Assembly: GCA_963793265.1 (NCBI GenBank)
Contig: CAWBZI010000004.1
Location: 672,001-736,000 of the forward strand
Reading direction: 5' to 3'
DNA length: 64,000 nt
From: an uncultured cyanobacterium
Lineage (GTDB): Bacteria; Cyanobacteriota; Cyanobacteriia; Phormidesmidales; Phormidesmidaceae
This document shows, one piece after another, positions 1 through 8,593 of this stretch. The translations under genes were made by a program, and so were the position numbers. A model generated the notes under the pieces. That model was not told the DNA's origin and made no database searches. It was given only the letters and a program-made list of their open reading frames with translations. How positions within the stretch are numbered: position 1 is the stretch's first letter; each line of letters opens with the position of its first letter.

Positions 1-1299
1 GGGGTGGACTACGTGACTAAGCCTGTGAGGCCGCAGGTGCTGCTGGCGCGGATTAAAAATCAGGTGGGGCTGCGATCGCTGCAAAGAAAAATGATCGCAC
101 AAAGAGAGTTTATGCAAAACGTTTACGACGCGATTGAAGCGGGCGTTTCGGTGATAAAGGTGTGCGGCAACGGGCGGTTTCGGATGACACAGGTGAACCA
201 GACGGCGCTGCGCATGGCGAAGCTTGAGCGCGAAGAGCTAGAAGGCGTTGATTTGCGCAGGCTGATGACGGCTAAAATGATTCGCGAAAATCAGCAGGCA
301 GCCGTAGCGCTAGGGGGGCCGGTAACCAAAGAGGTCTTTACTAAAAAGGCAGATAGCGGCGAGATTACCTGGTGGCTCAATACCCATACGCCCCTGCGCG
401 ACGAGCACGGCGAGATTAAGTGGCTAGTCGGAACAGGCGTTAATATTACCGATCGCAAGCAAACAGAATTGCAGCTTGCCGAAAAAACTGAGGCGCTTTC
501 TCAAACTTTGCAAACGCTGAAGTCCGCTCAGTCTGAGCTGATTCGCTCGGCTAAGATGGCGGCTTTGGGCAACTTGGTGGCGGGCGTGGCTCACGAGATT
601 AATACGCCAGTGGGTACCGCGATTACCAGTGCCTCTACGCTAGAGAATGCGACTGAGGCGATCGCGCGTAGCGTCGCTAGCGGTGGCCTCAAGCGGTCGT
701 CCTTTGAAGGCTATTTAGAAGTCGCTAGCGAGTGCTCTCAGCTTATCTTGAGCAATTTGCATCGAGCGGGGGAGCTGGTACAAAGCTTCAAGAAGGTAGC
801 CGTCGATCAGTCCAGCCTAAAAATGAGAACGTTTGCGCTCAAGCTCTACCTACAAGAGATTGTGACAAACCTCATGCCAACGATTAATAGAACGCCTCAC
901 CGCATCACGCTCATCGGTAACGATGACATTACCGTTTATAGCTGTCCTGGCGCTTTGGCCCAGGTAGTCACGAACTTAGTTATTAACTCGCTTAGCCACG
1001 CTTACCCCAAGGGCTCAGCGCCCGAATCAGGGACGCTGCGAATCGCCATTCACGAGCAGCCCGACCAAATTATCTTGCAATACACCGACGATGGCTGTGG
1101 CATTGACCCTGAGCATCAGGGCCGAATCTTTGAACCTTTTTTCACGACTGCTCGCGAGCTAGGCGGCAGTGGGCTGGGTCTGCATTTGGTTTATAACCTG
1201 ATCACCCAAACGCTTCAAGGTAACATTCATGTCGCCAGCACACCGGGCATGGGCACCACGTTTACTATCACCCTACCTAGCACCTTGCCTACTCAATAA
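1..1299 (+). CDS. Hybrid sensor histidine kinase (end of REC, PAS, HisKA, HATPase_c); 5' end lies outside the window
   Basis: REC tail DYVTKP; PAS-like WWLNTHTPLRD...GVNITDRKQ; H-box AGVAHEINTP; N-box NLVINSLSHA; DDGCG and GGSGLGL motifs. Confidence 0.9.
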   Translation, partial: GVDYVTKPVRPQVLLARIKNQVGLRSLQRKMIAQREFMQNVYDAIEAGVSVIKVCGNGRFRMTQVNQTALRMAKLEREELEGVDLRRLMTAKMIRENQQAAVALGGPVTKEVFTKKADSGEITWWLNTHTPLRDEHGEIKWLVGTGVNITDRKQTELQLAEKTEALSQTLQTLKSAQSELIRSAKMAALGNLVAGVAHEINTPVGTAITSASTLENATEAIARSVASGGLKRSSFEGYLEVASECSQLILSNLHRAGELVQSFKKVAVDQSSLKMRTFALKLYLQEIVTNLMPTINRTPHRITLIGNDDITVYSCPGALAQVVTNLVINSLSHAYPKGSAPESGTLRIAIHEQPDQIILQYTDDGCGIDPEHQGRIFEPFFTTARELGGSGLGLHLVYNLITQTLQGNIHVASTPGMGTTFTITLPSTLPTQ

Positions 1300-1470
1300 G
1301 CCTTACAAGAGTGCAAACAGAGGCTACCTACCCGATCGGGTAAGTGAAAAACTACCCAGTTGGTAGCGGCTTTTATCTCCCATAGCAGGACTCTGTAGCT
1401 CATCGGCAAGCGTCATCATAAGCCTGTAAAAAGCGGTCTGTGGTGGGCCTGTAAAAGCAGGTCTGTGTAG

Positions 1471-2829
1471 ATGAAAAAGCTAAACATGCAAGTTAACTAT
1501 TCATACCGAGTGGGCGGAAGCTTGGCTTGGAACGATGCAACGTATGTACGGCGTCAGGCTGATCGCGATCTGTATGACAAAGTTCTTCAAGGTCAGTTTT
1601 GCTATGTGCTGGGGCCGCGTCAAACTGGCAAGTCGTCTCTGCGCATCAGAACAAATCATCATCTAGAGCAAGTAGGCTATCGCGCTTTGTCTATACAGGC
1701 CACTCAAATAGATAGCCACACTAGCCGCCGAGATTCTGAATCGCAGATAGGCTGGCATGAACAGCTCATAGCGTCTATTTGGGATGCTCTGTATCCACAA
1801 GAGGTCGCTACGATATCGTCCTGGCTAGAAGCCACTGCTCGACTCTCTGGCGAGCAACGCCTGGAGCATTTCACCCGCGACTTGCTTTTTCCTGAGCTGC
1901 TAGCGGCCCCTATGGTCATCTTTATTGATGAGATAGATTACCTTTTAAACATCCCAGCGGCTGTTAGCGACCTCTTGAGCTGGATTGAGACGTGCTATCG
2001 GTTGCAGGCTAATAGAAAAGAGTATCAGTCGCTTGATTTTGTCATTATGGGTAGCACCACGACTCGGGCGCTGGTCAGTGCGATTGCTCAGCCAGAGAAA
2101 AGGAAAAGGGTTACTCGAACCCTCTTCTCAGCAAACGGCAAAATTGTTCTTGACAATTTCAAGCTGAGCCAAACTGCCCCTTTGCAGACAGGATTTATTA
2201 ATAAGCTCAACCCGTCAGCTACTCTAAAAGCTATTTTGAGCTGGACAAATGGCCAGCCGTTTTTAACTCAGAAAATTTGTCAAATGGTTGCTAGCCAAAC
2301 AAATACGCTTTTGAGTGCGCTATCGACTAGCAGTATTGATAGCGCAGTGATCGCGCTACCGACAACGATTAATAGCTGGATTGAGCAAATAGTGCGTGCC
2401 AACATTATCCAAGACTGGCTGCTTAAAGACGATCCCGTTCATCTCCGAGAGATTTCAAAACGCTTGCAGCATTCTCCTCGCCGAGCAGCTCTGATGACTC
2501 TGTACAGGCGAATACTCACTGGGCAGCGAGTAGCTTGCAACGGGGATGAGATTCAGCAAGAACTGATTATGATTGGGCTAGTGCTTTGTCATAACCGTCA
2601 GCTACACGTCGCTAATAAAATATATTTGTACGTGTTTGGTGGGCCTAAGCGTCAGTACAGCGCCACCCTAAAAACGTTGCCTACAAAATCGCAAGCTGAC
2701 CCAAAAGCCTCTAATTATCGCCTAACCTCTCAAAACCGTTTTAGGCGATCGCCCATTCGAGGCATTGACATCTTGAGGCGTACGTCAGTTATATCAAGGT
2801 CTGTATTAGTCCCGCTGCATGGCTTCTGA
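1471..2829 (+). CDS. AAA_35-type (AAA-like) ATPase domain protein
   Basis: YRVGGSL...YVRRQAD start, Walker A GPRQTGKSS, Walker B IFIDEID, WTNGQPFLTQKIC, all typical of cyanobacterial AAA_35 proteins. Confidence 0.85.
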   Translation: MKKLNMQVNYSYRVGGSLAWNDATYVRRQADRDLYDKVLQGQFCYVLGPRQTGKSSLRIRTNHHLEQVGYRALSIQATQIDSHTSRRDSESQIGWHEQLIASIWDALYPQEVATISSWLEATARLSGEQRLEHFTRDLLFPELLAAPMVIFIDEIDYLLNIPAAVSDLLSWIETCYRLQANRKEYQSLDFVIMGSTTTRALVSAIAQPEKRKRVTRTLFSANGKIVLDNFKLSQTAPLQTGFINKLNPSATLKAILSWTNGQPFLTQKICQMVASQTNTLLSALSTSSIDSAVIALPTTINSWIEQIVRANIIQDWLLKDDPVHLREISKRLQHSPRRAALMTLYRRILTGQRVACNGDEIQQELIMIGLVLCHNRQLHVANKIYLYVFGGPKRQYSATLKTLPTKSQADPKASNYRLTSQNRFRRSPIRGIDILRRTSVISRSVLVPLHGF

Positions 2830-2924
2830 TACTCCCCTATAAAATGCCTGTAGAAAGCTATAGTCTGGAAGGTGTTGGCCTCAGCCCTCAACCTTAGAAA
2901 CGCTACCTCTACACAGGCTTTCTC

Positions 2925-3890
2925 ATGCATATTGTGATCACAGGCGGGGCCGGTTTCCTCGGCCAGCGACTCGCCCACCAGCTCGTCAAAGACGCTGAGC
3001 TTCAGTCGCAAGTACGGCAGCTAACGCTGATAGATATCGTTGCCCCGAAGAAACCCAATGCGCCGCCTGATAGCAATATAAAGATCGTCAGCCATACGGC
3101 AGATCTCACCGATTCCGAAGCTGCAAAGCGCTTTATTACCGCCGATGTAACAGCGGTCTATCACCTAGCAGCCGTCGTCAGCGGTCAGGCTGAAGCTAAC
3201 TTTGACTTAGGTATCGCCGTCAATGCCGAAGGCACACGCCATTTGCTAGAGGCCGTGCGTCATCAAGCGCCGGATGCGAAGTTTATATTTGCCAGCTCGC
3301 TAGCTGTCTTTGGTGGCAAGTTGCCAGCGGTGATCACTGACGACACAGCAGTAAGGCCACAGTCTTCCTACGGCACCCAAAAGGCCGTTTCGGAGCTATG
3401 GGTAAACGACTACACGCGCAAAGGCTTTATTGATGGGCGGGTGCTACGCCTGCCGACAGTCTGCGTCCGTCCGGGCAAGCCGAATGCTGCCGCCTCTTCG
3501 TTCGCTAGTGGCATTATCCGCGAACCGCTCCAGGGCGCACAGGCAGTCTGCCCGGTCGATATAGATTTGCCGCTGTGGCTATCAAGCCCTGATGCGGTGA
3601 CGACTAACTTAGTGCGCGGCTTGCTGCTAAGCGCCGACCAATTCTCAGATACTCGCACGGTTAACTTGCCGGGCCTGACGGTGACTGTAAAAGAAATGAT
3701 TGCATCACTTGCTGAGGTGGCTGGCGATACCACAACTAAGCGAATTCAGTATCAGCCCGATGAGGCAATTTCTAGAATTGTTGCGAGCTGGCCGAGTCAG
3801 TTTGATGTAGAGCGGGCGATCGCACTCGGTTTTACTCAAGACAACAGCTTTGAATCCATTATTCGAGCTTTCATTCAAGCAGAGCTATAG
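2925..3890 (+). CDS. denD: NAD-dependent epimerase/dehydratase, D-erythronate dehydrogenase-like
   Basis: TGGAGFLG Rossmann motif, YGTQK (YxxxK), HLAAVVSGQAEANFDLG, RPGKPNAAASSFASGIIREPL. Confidence 0.75.
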   Translation: MHIVITGGAGFLGQRLAHQLVKDAELQSQVRQLTLIDIVAPKKPNAPPDSNIKIVSHTADLTDSEAAKRFITADVTAVYHLAAVVSGQAEANFDLGIAVNAEGTRHLLEAVRHQAPDAKFIFASSLAVFGGKLPAVITDDTAVRPQSSYGTQKAVSELWVNDYTRKGFIDGRVLRLPTVCVRPGKPNAAASSFASGIIREPLQGAQAVCPVDIDLPLWLSSPDAVTTNLVRGLLLSADQFSDTRTVNLPGLTVTVKEMIASLAEVAGDTTTKRIQYQPDEAISRIVASWPSQFDVERAIALGFTQDNSFESIIRAFIQAEL

Positions 3891-4419
3891 CGCCAGCTTT
3901 ATAGCTTATTTAAGAATTTGATGAGAGTTTTCTATAGAGTTTTCTATATAGATATCTCTATACAAGTAGATGGCAAAAGAGAATGTCGTATTCGCTACAC
4001 GACGACTAGGCAAACGGCACCTAGATAGACGCTTAGAGCCTCATTAGAGCATCATGTGCAGACAACAAAATTACGAATGAGAATAGACTAAGCTTGAATA
4101 AATTTTTTTGAAATAAAAAAGAAAATAGCTTTCAACCGTCCAAAGTATCTTCCACTTTCGAGCAAAACCGCTATGGTTGATATTAGTATAGATACAACAG
4201 TGCTCCTTCAAGAAGCCGTGCAGTGGAGCTACAAACGTTTGAGGGCAGGTTGTTTTGGCGCTATATCTCTAGCCGTACCCGTTAGAAATGTGCCGCCGAG
4301 GCGAGCTACTCGTGCTAGGCAAACAACACTCAAACCTTTAGACCTTAAGCACTTGAAAGCAAGTGTCTAAAGGCCAGTGCCTGAAGCCAAGTACTCAACC
4401 AACCGCTCACCGGGGGCCT

Positions 4420-5265
4420 ATGTTTAAATCTCTGATTCAGCCACTTCAGCTCTTTTTAAAGGGAGCCACTGGCAAGGACAGGCATCAAAAGCAACAGCTT
4501 ACTCAGCAGCTTACGCGATTGCAAGTTGCCTACGACCAACTGCAAGCAGGCTGCAATACCCTTCAAACCGAGCAAGAGCAGGTGCAGCGCGAGCACCAGC
4601 AGCTTCAGCAAAAGTACGACCGACTACGCCGCGATAAAGAGCTTTTACAGCGCGATCGCAATGAGCTAAATACGCTATTTAACTGTGCCGATAAAGAAAA
4701 TGTAGAGCTAAATCGTGAGAACCGAAAGCTGCGATCGCAAATCAAAAAGCTCAAAGCAGACAACGTAGCGCTAGACGGCAAAATTGTCTATTTAGAACAC
4801 AAGCTAGGTTTACAGGCTTATAGTGACGATGACTTAATAGGTCGAGTGCTAGAGGATGCCAGCCCTAAACAAGCCGTCGAGCTTAAATATTTAGCCGATG
4901 AACCCGATGAGTATTCAGAGTTTGACGCGATGGCGTCGATTGATCTTTCAGACATCACGCTAGCTTTAGTCGGTGGACATGAAACCACCTACCGCGAAGT
5001 CACCGAAGCGTTAAAAAAGCATGGCCTTAAGCGCTGCGTTCACGTACCGCCCCATAGCAGGGAGAGCAACAGCCGTCATCAAATTAGAGACAAAATTAGC
5101 AACTGCGACTTGGTTGTCACCATCACAAGCTACGTAGACCACTCAGTCTCTAACTGCGTCAAGCAGCTAAAAGACACCAGTATGCTCACTGGCGAGGTGA
5201 TTAGAGTGCATTGCCACGGCAAAAGTGGCGTCGTTAGAGAAGTGCTGCAATACTTTGCAAACTAA
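4420..5265 (+). CDS. Coiled-coil plus C-terminal DUF2325 domain protein (ORF track starts at GTG 4363; ATG 4420 preferred)
   Basis: Heptad Q/L/E-rich N-terminal half; C-terminal ALVGGH...CDLVVTITSYVDHS. Confidence 0.7.
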   Translation: MFKSLIQPLQLFLKGATGKDRHQKQQLTQQLTRLQVAYDQLQAGCNTLQTEQEQVQREHQQLQQKYDRLRRDKELLQRDRNELNTLFNCADKENVELNRENRKLRSQIKKLKADNVALDGKIVYLEHKLGLQAYSDDDLIGRVLEDASPKQAVELKYLADEPDEYSEFDAMASIDLSDITLALVGGHETTYREVTEALKKHGLKRCVHVPPHSRESNSRHQIRDKISNCDLVVTITSYVDHSVSNCVKQLKDTSMLTGEVIRVHCHGKSGVVREVLQYFAN

Positions 5266-5350
5266 ACGTCTGTAGATTTACGCAGAGCAGTTATGGCGCT
5301 AAGCTAGTAGCGCCGAACGTGAGGACGTATCAAAACGCACGTCTAACCTT

Positions 5351-5914
5351 ATGCATACTTCTCATTACGCCAGATATCAGCCCAAATGGTTTTTATCTGC
5401 GCTGCCCGTCGCCTGCACCCTGCTAGTCTCAGCGACCGGCTGCAATCAGGTCAGCACCAATGCTTACGAGGCAACGGCCGACTTTGAAGCGACAGCCGCC
5501 ACTACTTACGTTTGGCAAGTAGAATATTTGCCCAGGAATGTTGGTCAAGATCGCCCCAACGACCGACGGCTAGAGCGATTTGAGTCTACGACAGTCACTA
5601 ACGTTAATGGCATTCGTCCTGATGCCGCAGGTTCTGGGCCTGACAGTAAGGGCCTGTGGTGGCCAGTGCTGCCGCCGGAGCCTACGGTAGATGACATTGA
5701 AGATCGCCGTCAGAATGCCGAAAACCCACGCCCCCCTGAGATTATCAAAGCTGTAGACTACAACATCACCTTTAGCCAAGCAGGCGAAACGAAAACGCTG
5801 CCGACTGACTATGACGTTTACCGGCAGGCGGTGAAGGCGTTTGAAAGGGATCGACCTCTAGAGCTGACGCTAGGGCCACAGGATGCTTCGGTGCTAAAAG
5901 CAGAGATTCAGTAG
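5351..5914 (+). CDS. Hypothetical lipoprotein
   Basis: Signal-like hydrophobic stretch ending SATGC (lipobox-like); 187-aa ORF fills the gap before trpS. Confidence 0.65.
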   Translation: MHTSHYARYQPKWFLSALPVACTLLVSATGCNQVSTNAYEATADFEATAATTYVWQVEYLPRNVGQDRPNDRRLERFESTTVTNVNGIRPDAAGSGPDSKGLWWPVLPPEPTVDDIEDRRQNAENPRPPEIIKAVDYNITFSQAGETKTLPTDYDVYRQAVKAFERDRPLELTLGPQDASVLKAEIQ

Positions 5915-5983
5915 GGGGCATTTGCCGCTAAAATGCCGCTATACCGTTATTTTTACAGGCGCAGACGATAGGCGCAAAAATTC

Positions 5984-6988
5984 ATGGCTCAGCCCCGCAT
6001 CCTTTCAGGCATCCAAACGACCGGCGACATGCACCTGGGCAACTATTTGGGGGCCATTCGTAATTGGGTAGAGCTACAGGCTGACTATGACTGCTTTTTG
6101 TTCATGGCCGATTTACACGCCATCACAGTGCCGCAAGATCCTAAGCAGTTGGCCGAAAATACGCTGAAAATAGCGGCTACCTATATTGCCTGTGGGATTG
6201 ACCCTGAGCGTTCGACTGTTTTTGTCCAGTCTCAACTGCCTGAGCATAGCGAGCTGGCCTGGCTCTTTAACTGCATCACGCCGCTGAACTGGTTGGAGCG
6301 AATGATTCAGTTCAAAGAAAAGGCAGTTAAGCAGGGCGAGAATGTCAGCGTTGGTTTGATGGACTATCCGGTATTGCAGGCCGCTGATATTTTGCTCTAT
6401 GAGCCTGATATTGTGCCAGTAGGTGAAGATCAAAAGCAGCATTTGGAGCTGACTCGCGATATTGCCGCGCGGCTGAACTTTCAGTTTGGCAGTGAGAAAA
6501 AGCCGATCCTCAAAGTACCTGAGCCGCTGATTCGTAAGGCGGGTGCGCGGGTGATGAGCCTAACGGATGGCACTAAGAAAATGTCCAAGTCCGATCCTTC
6601 TGACCAAAGTCGGATCGATTTGACGGACGCGCCTAATGTGATTACGAAGAAGATCAAGCGGGCCAAGACAGATCCAGAAAGGGGCTTGGAATTTGACAAT
6701 CCCGAGCGGCCTGAATGTAATAATTTGCTGGGACTCTATCAGCTCCTTTCTAATCAAAGTAAAGAGGCTGTCGCGGCTGAGTGTAAGGATATGGGCTGGG
6801 GGCAGTTTAAGCCTTTGCTAGCTGAGACTACGGTAGAGGCGCTGAGGCCAATTCAGCAAAAGTACGATGAATTGATGAGTGATCGCACCTACCTAAAACA
6901 GGTGCTCGCAAGCGGCAAAGAACGGGCTCAGGCCGTCGCTGCCCCCACGCTAGCCAAGGTCAAAACAGCCATGGGGTTTGTTCAATAG
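5984..6988 (+). CDS. trpS: Tryptophan--tRNA ligase
   Basis: HLGN (HIGH) motif, KMSKS, YPVLQAADIL, VPVGEDQKQHLE. Confidence 0.97.
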   Translation: MAQPRILSGIQTTGDMHLGNYLGAIRNWVELQADYDCFLFMADLHAITVPQDPKQLAENTLKIAATYIACGIDPERSTVFVQSQLPEHSELAWLFNCITPLNWLERMIQFKEKAVKQGENVSVGLMDYPVLQAADILLYEPDIVPVGEDQKQHLELTRDIAARLNFQFGSEKKPILKVPEPLIRKAGARVMSLTDGTKKMSKSDPSDQSRIDLTDAPNVITKKIKRAKTDPERGLEFDNPERPECNNLLGLYQLLSNQSKEAVAAECKDMGWGQFKPLLAETTVEALRPIQQKYDELMSDRTYLKQVLASGKERAQAVAAPTLAKVKTAMGFVQ

Positions 6989-7112
6989 AAGCTTACCTAG
7001 TCACACAAAACGGCATTACTTGTGGAATACAACCGATTTCAATCATGGGGAATACCCTTGCTAGCAAGGGATACTGAGTAAAATAGCCCATAAGAAATCA
7101 TTAGACTTACCT

Positions 7113-8126
7113 ATGAGTGTTGTAGAAAACGGCGAAGCAAACGGACGCGCTATTCCCGGTTCACCTTCTGAACTGATTGCCAATGGCCGCTATAGAGAAG
7201 GCGCTGCTGGCGGTCGTTTGCGATCGGCTATTCGCTCAGGTGAGTTTGTGGTGACGGCTGAGGTGATGCCCCCAAAGGGTGGTAATCCAAGTCACATGCT
7301 AGAGATGGCCGATCATCTCAAAGACTGGGTTCATGCGGTGAATGTGACAGACGGAAGCCGGGCTGTTCTAAGAATGTCGTCTTTGGCCTGTTCGGTGCTG
7401 CTGAAGCAGGCGGGGGTAGAGCCGATTTGTCAGATGACGGGGCGCGATCGCAATGCCATTGCCATTCAAGCCGATCTGATGGGCGCACATGCTTTGGGCG
7501 TTCGTAACGTGCTAGCGCTAACGGGCGATCCGGTGAAAGCAGGCGATCATCCTAAGTCTAAATCGGTCTGTGAGCTAGAGTCTATTCGGATGCTGCGCGT
7601 GATCCGTCAGCTCAATAGCGGTACAGACTATAACGATAAGCCGATGGGCGATGGCGAACTCGATATTTTTGCAGGGGCCGCGATCGATCCGCAGTCGCCA
7701 AGCTGGTCGGGACTACAAAGCCGATTCGATAAAAAGCTAGCAGCCGGGGCGCAGTTTTTTCAGAGCCAGCTAATTTCTGATTTTGACAGGCTAGAGAAGT
7801 TTATGGATGAGATTGCGGCAGGGTGTGATCGCCCTATACTCGCCGGAATCTTCCTCCTCAAGTCAGCCAAAAACGCCGCCTTCATCAACCGCTGCGTTCC
7901 TGGCGTCAACATTCCTGATCACATCATCGAACGCCTTGCTGCCGCCTCAGATCCGCTGCAAGAGGGCGTCAAAATTGCGGCTGAGCAGGTTCAATCAGCC
8001 CGACAGCTTTGCCAGGGCGTACATATGATGGCCGTCAGACGAGAAGATCTGATTCCACAGATCTTAGAAATGGCGGGCGTAGAGCCACAGACAAAGCCCA
8101 TGCAGTATGCCACCGCTCGCCATTAA
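7113..8126 (+). CDS. metF: Methylenetetrahydrofolate reductase
   Basis: TAEVMPPKG, NVTDGSRA, RDRNAIAIQ, ALTGDP, GAQFFQSQ. Confidence 0.9.
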   Translation: MSVVENGEANGRAIPGSPSELIANGRYREGAAGGRLRSAIRSGEFVVTAEVMPPKGGNPSHMLEMADHLKDWVHAVNVTDGSRAVLRMSSLACSVLLKQAGVEPICQMTGRDRNAIAIQADLMGAHALGVRNVLALTGDPVKAGDHPKSKSVCELESIRMLRVIRQLNSGTDYNDKPMGDGELDIFAGAAIDPQSPSWSGLQSRFDKKLAAGAQFFQSQLISDFDRLEKFMDEIAAGCDRPILAGIFLLKSAKNAAFINRCVPGVNIPDHIIERLAAASDPLQEGVKIAAEQVQSARQLCQGVHMMAVRREDLIPQILEMAGVEPQTKPMQYATARH

Positions 8127-8144
8127 TTTTTGGCTGGTCTAATT

Positions 8145-8591
8145 ATGAATGTGAGCTGGATATGGCAACAGTTTGATCAGCTATCAGCTAGGGGCGTATA
8201 CGAGATATTAGCCTTGCGCCAGAACGTGTTTGTTTTGGAACAAAAGTGCCTGTATTTAGATGTGGACGGCTTAGACATTCAAGCCCAGCATTTGCTTGGC
8301 CGCGATGATGGAGGTGCTTTAGTGGCCTATGCTCGGCTGTTGCCGCCCCACGTAAAATACACGGAGCCTTCTATCGGTCGCGTGCTGGTAGATAAGGCTG
8401 CTAGAGGATTTGGCTTGGGTCGGCGGATAGTCGATTTATGCTTAGAAAAGTGTGCTGCTGACTATTCAGATCAGGGCGTGAGAATTTCTGCGCAGGTTTA
8501 TCTCCAAGACTTTTATCACAGCTTTGGCTTTGAGCGGGTAGGCGATTTGTATGATGACGGCGGCATTGCGCACGTTGAGATGGTGCTTTGA
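8145..8591 (+). CDS. elaA: ElaA-family GNAT acetyltransferase
   Basis: LRQNVFVLEQKCLYLDVDGLD, SIGRV, RGFGLG, SAQVYLQDFY. Confidence 0.85.
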   Translation: MNVSWIWQQFDQLSARGVYEILALRQNVFVLEQKCLYLDVDGLDIQAQHLLGRDDGGALVAYARLLPPHVKYTEPSIGRVLVDKAARGFGLGRRIVDLCLEKCAADYSDQGVRISAQVYLQDFYHSFGFERVGDLYDDGGIAHVEMVL

Positions 8592-8593
8592 TC

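Noticed and set aside
4173..4370. 65-aa ORF as a leader peptide
   Set aside because: No protein-like features; the region is better explained as a structured UTR
6989..7112. SAM or THF riboswitch before metF
   Set aside because: No recognisable aptamer core in the 124-bp spacer
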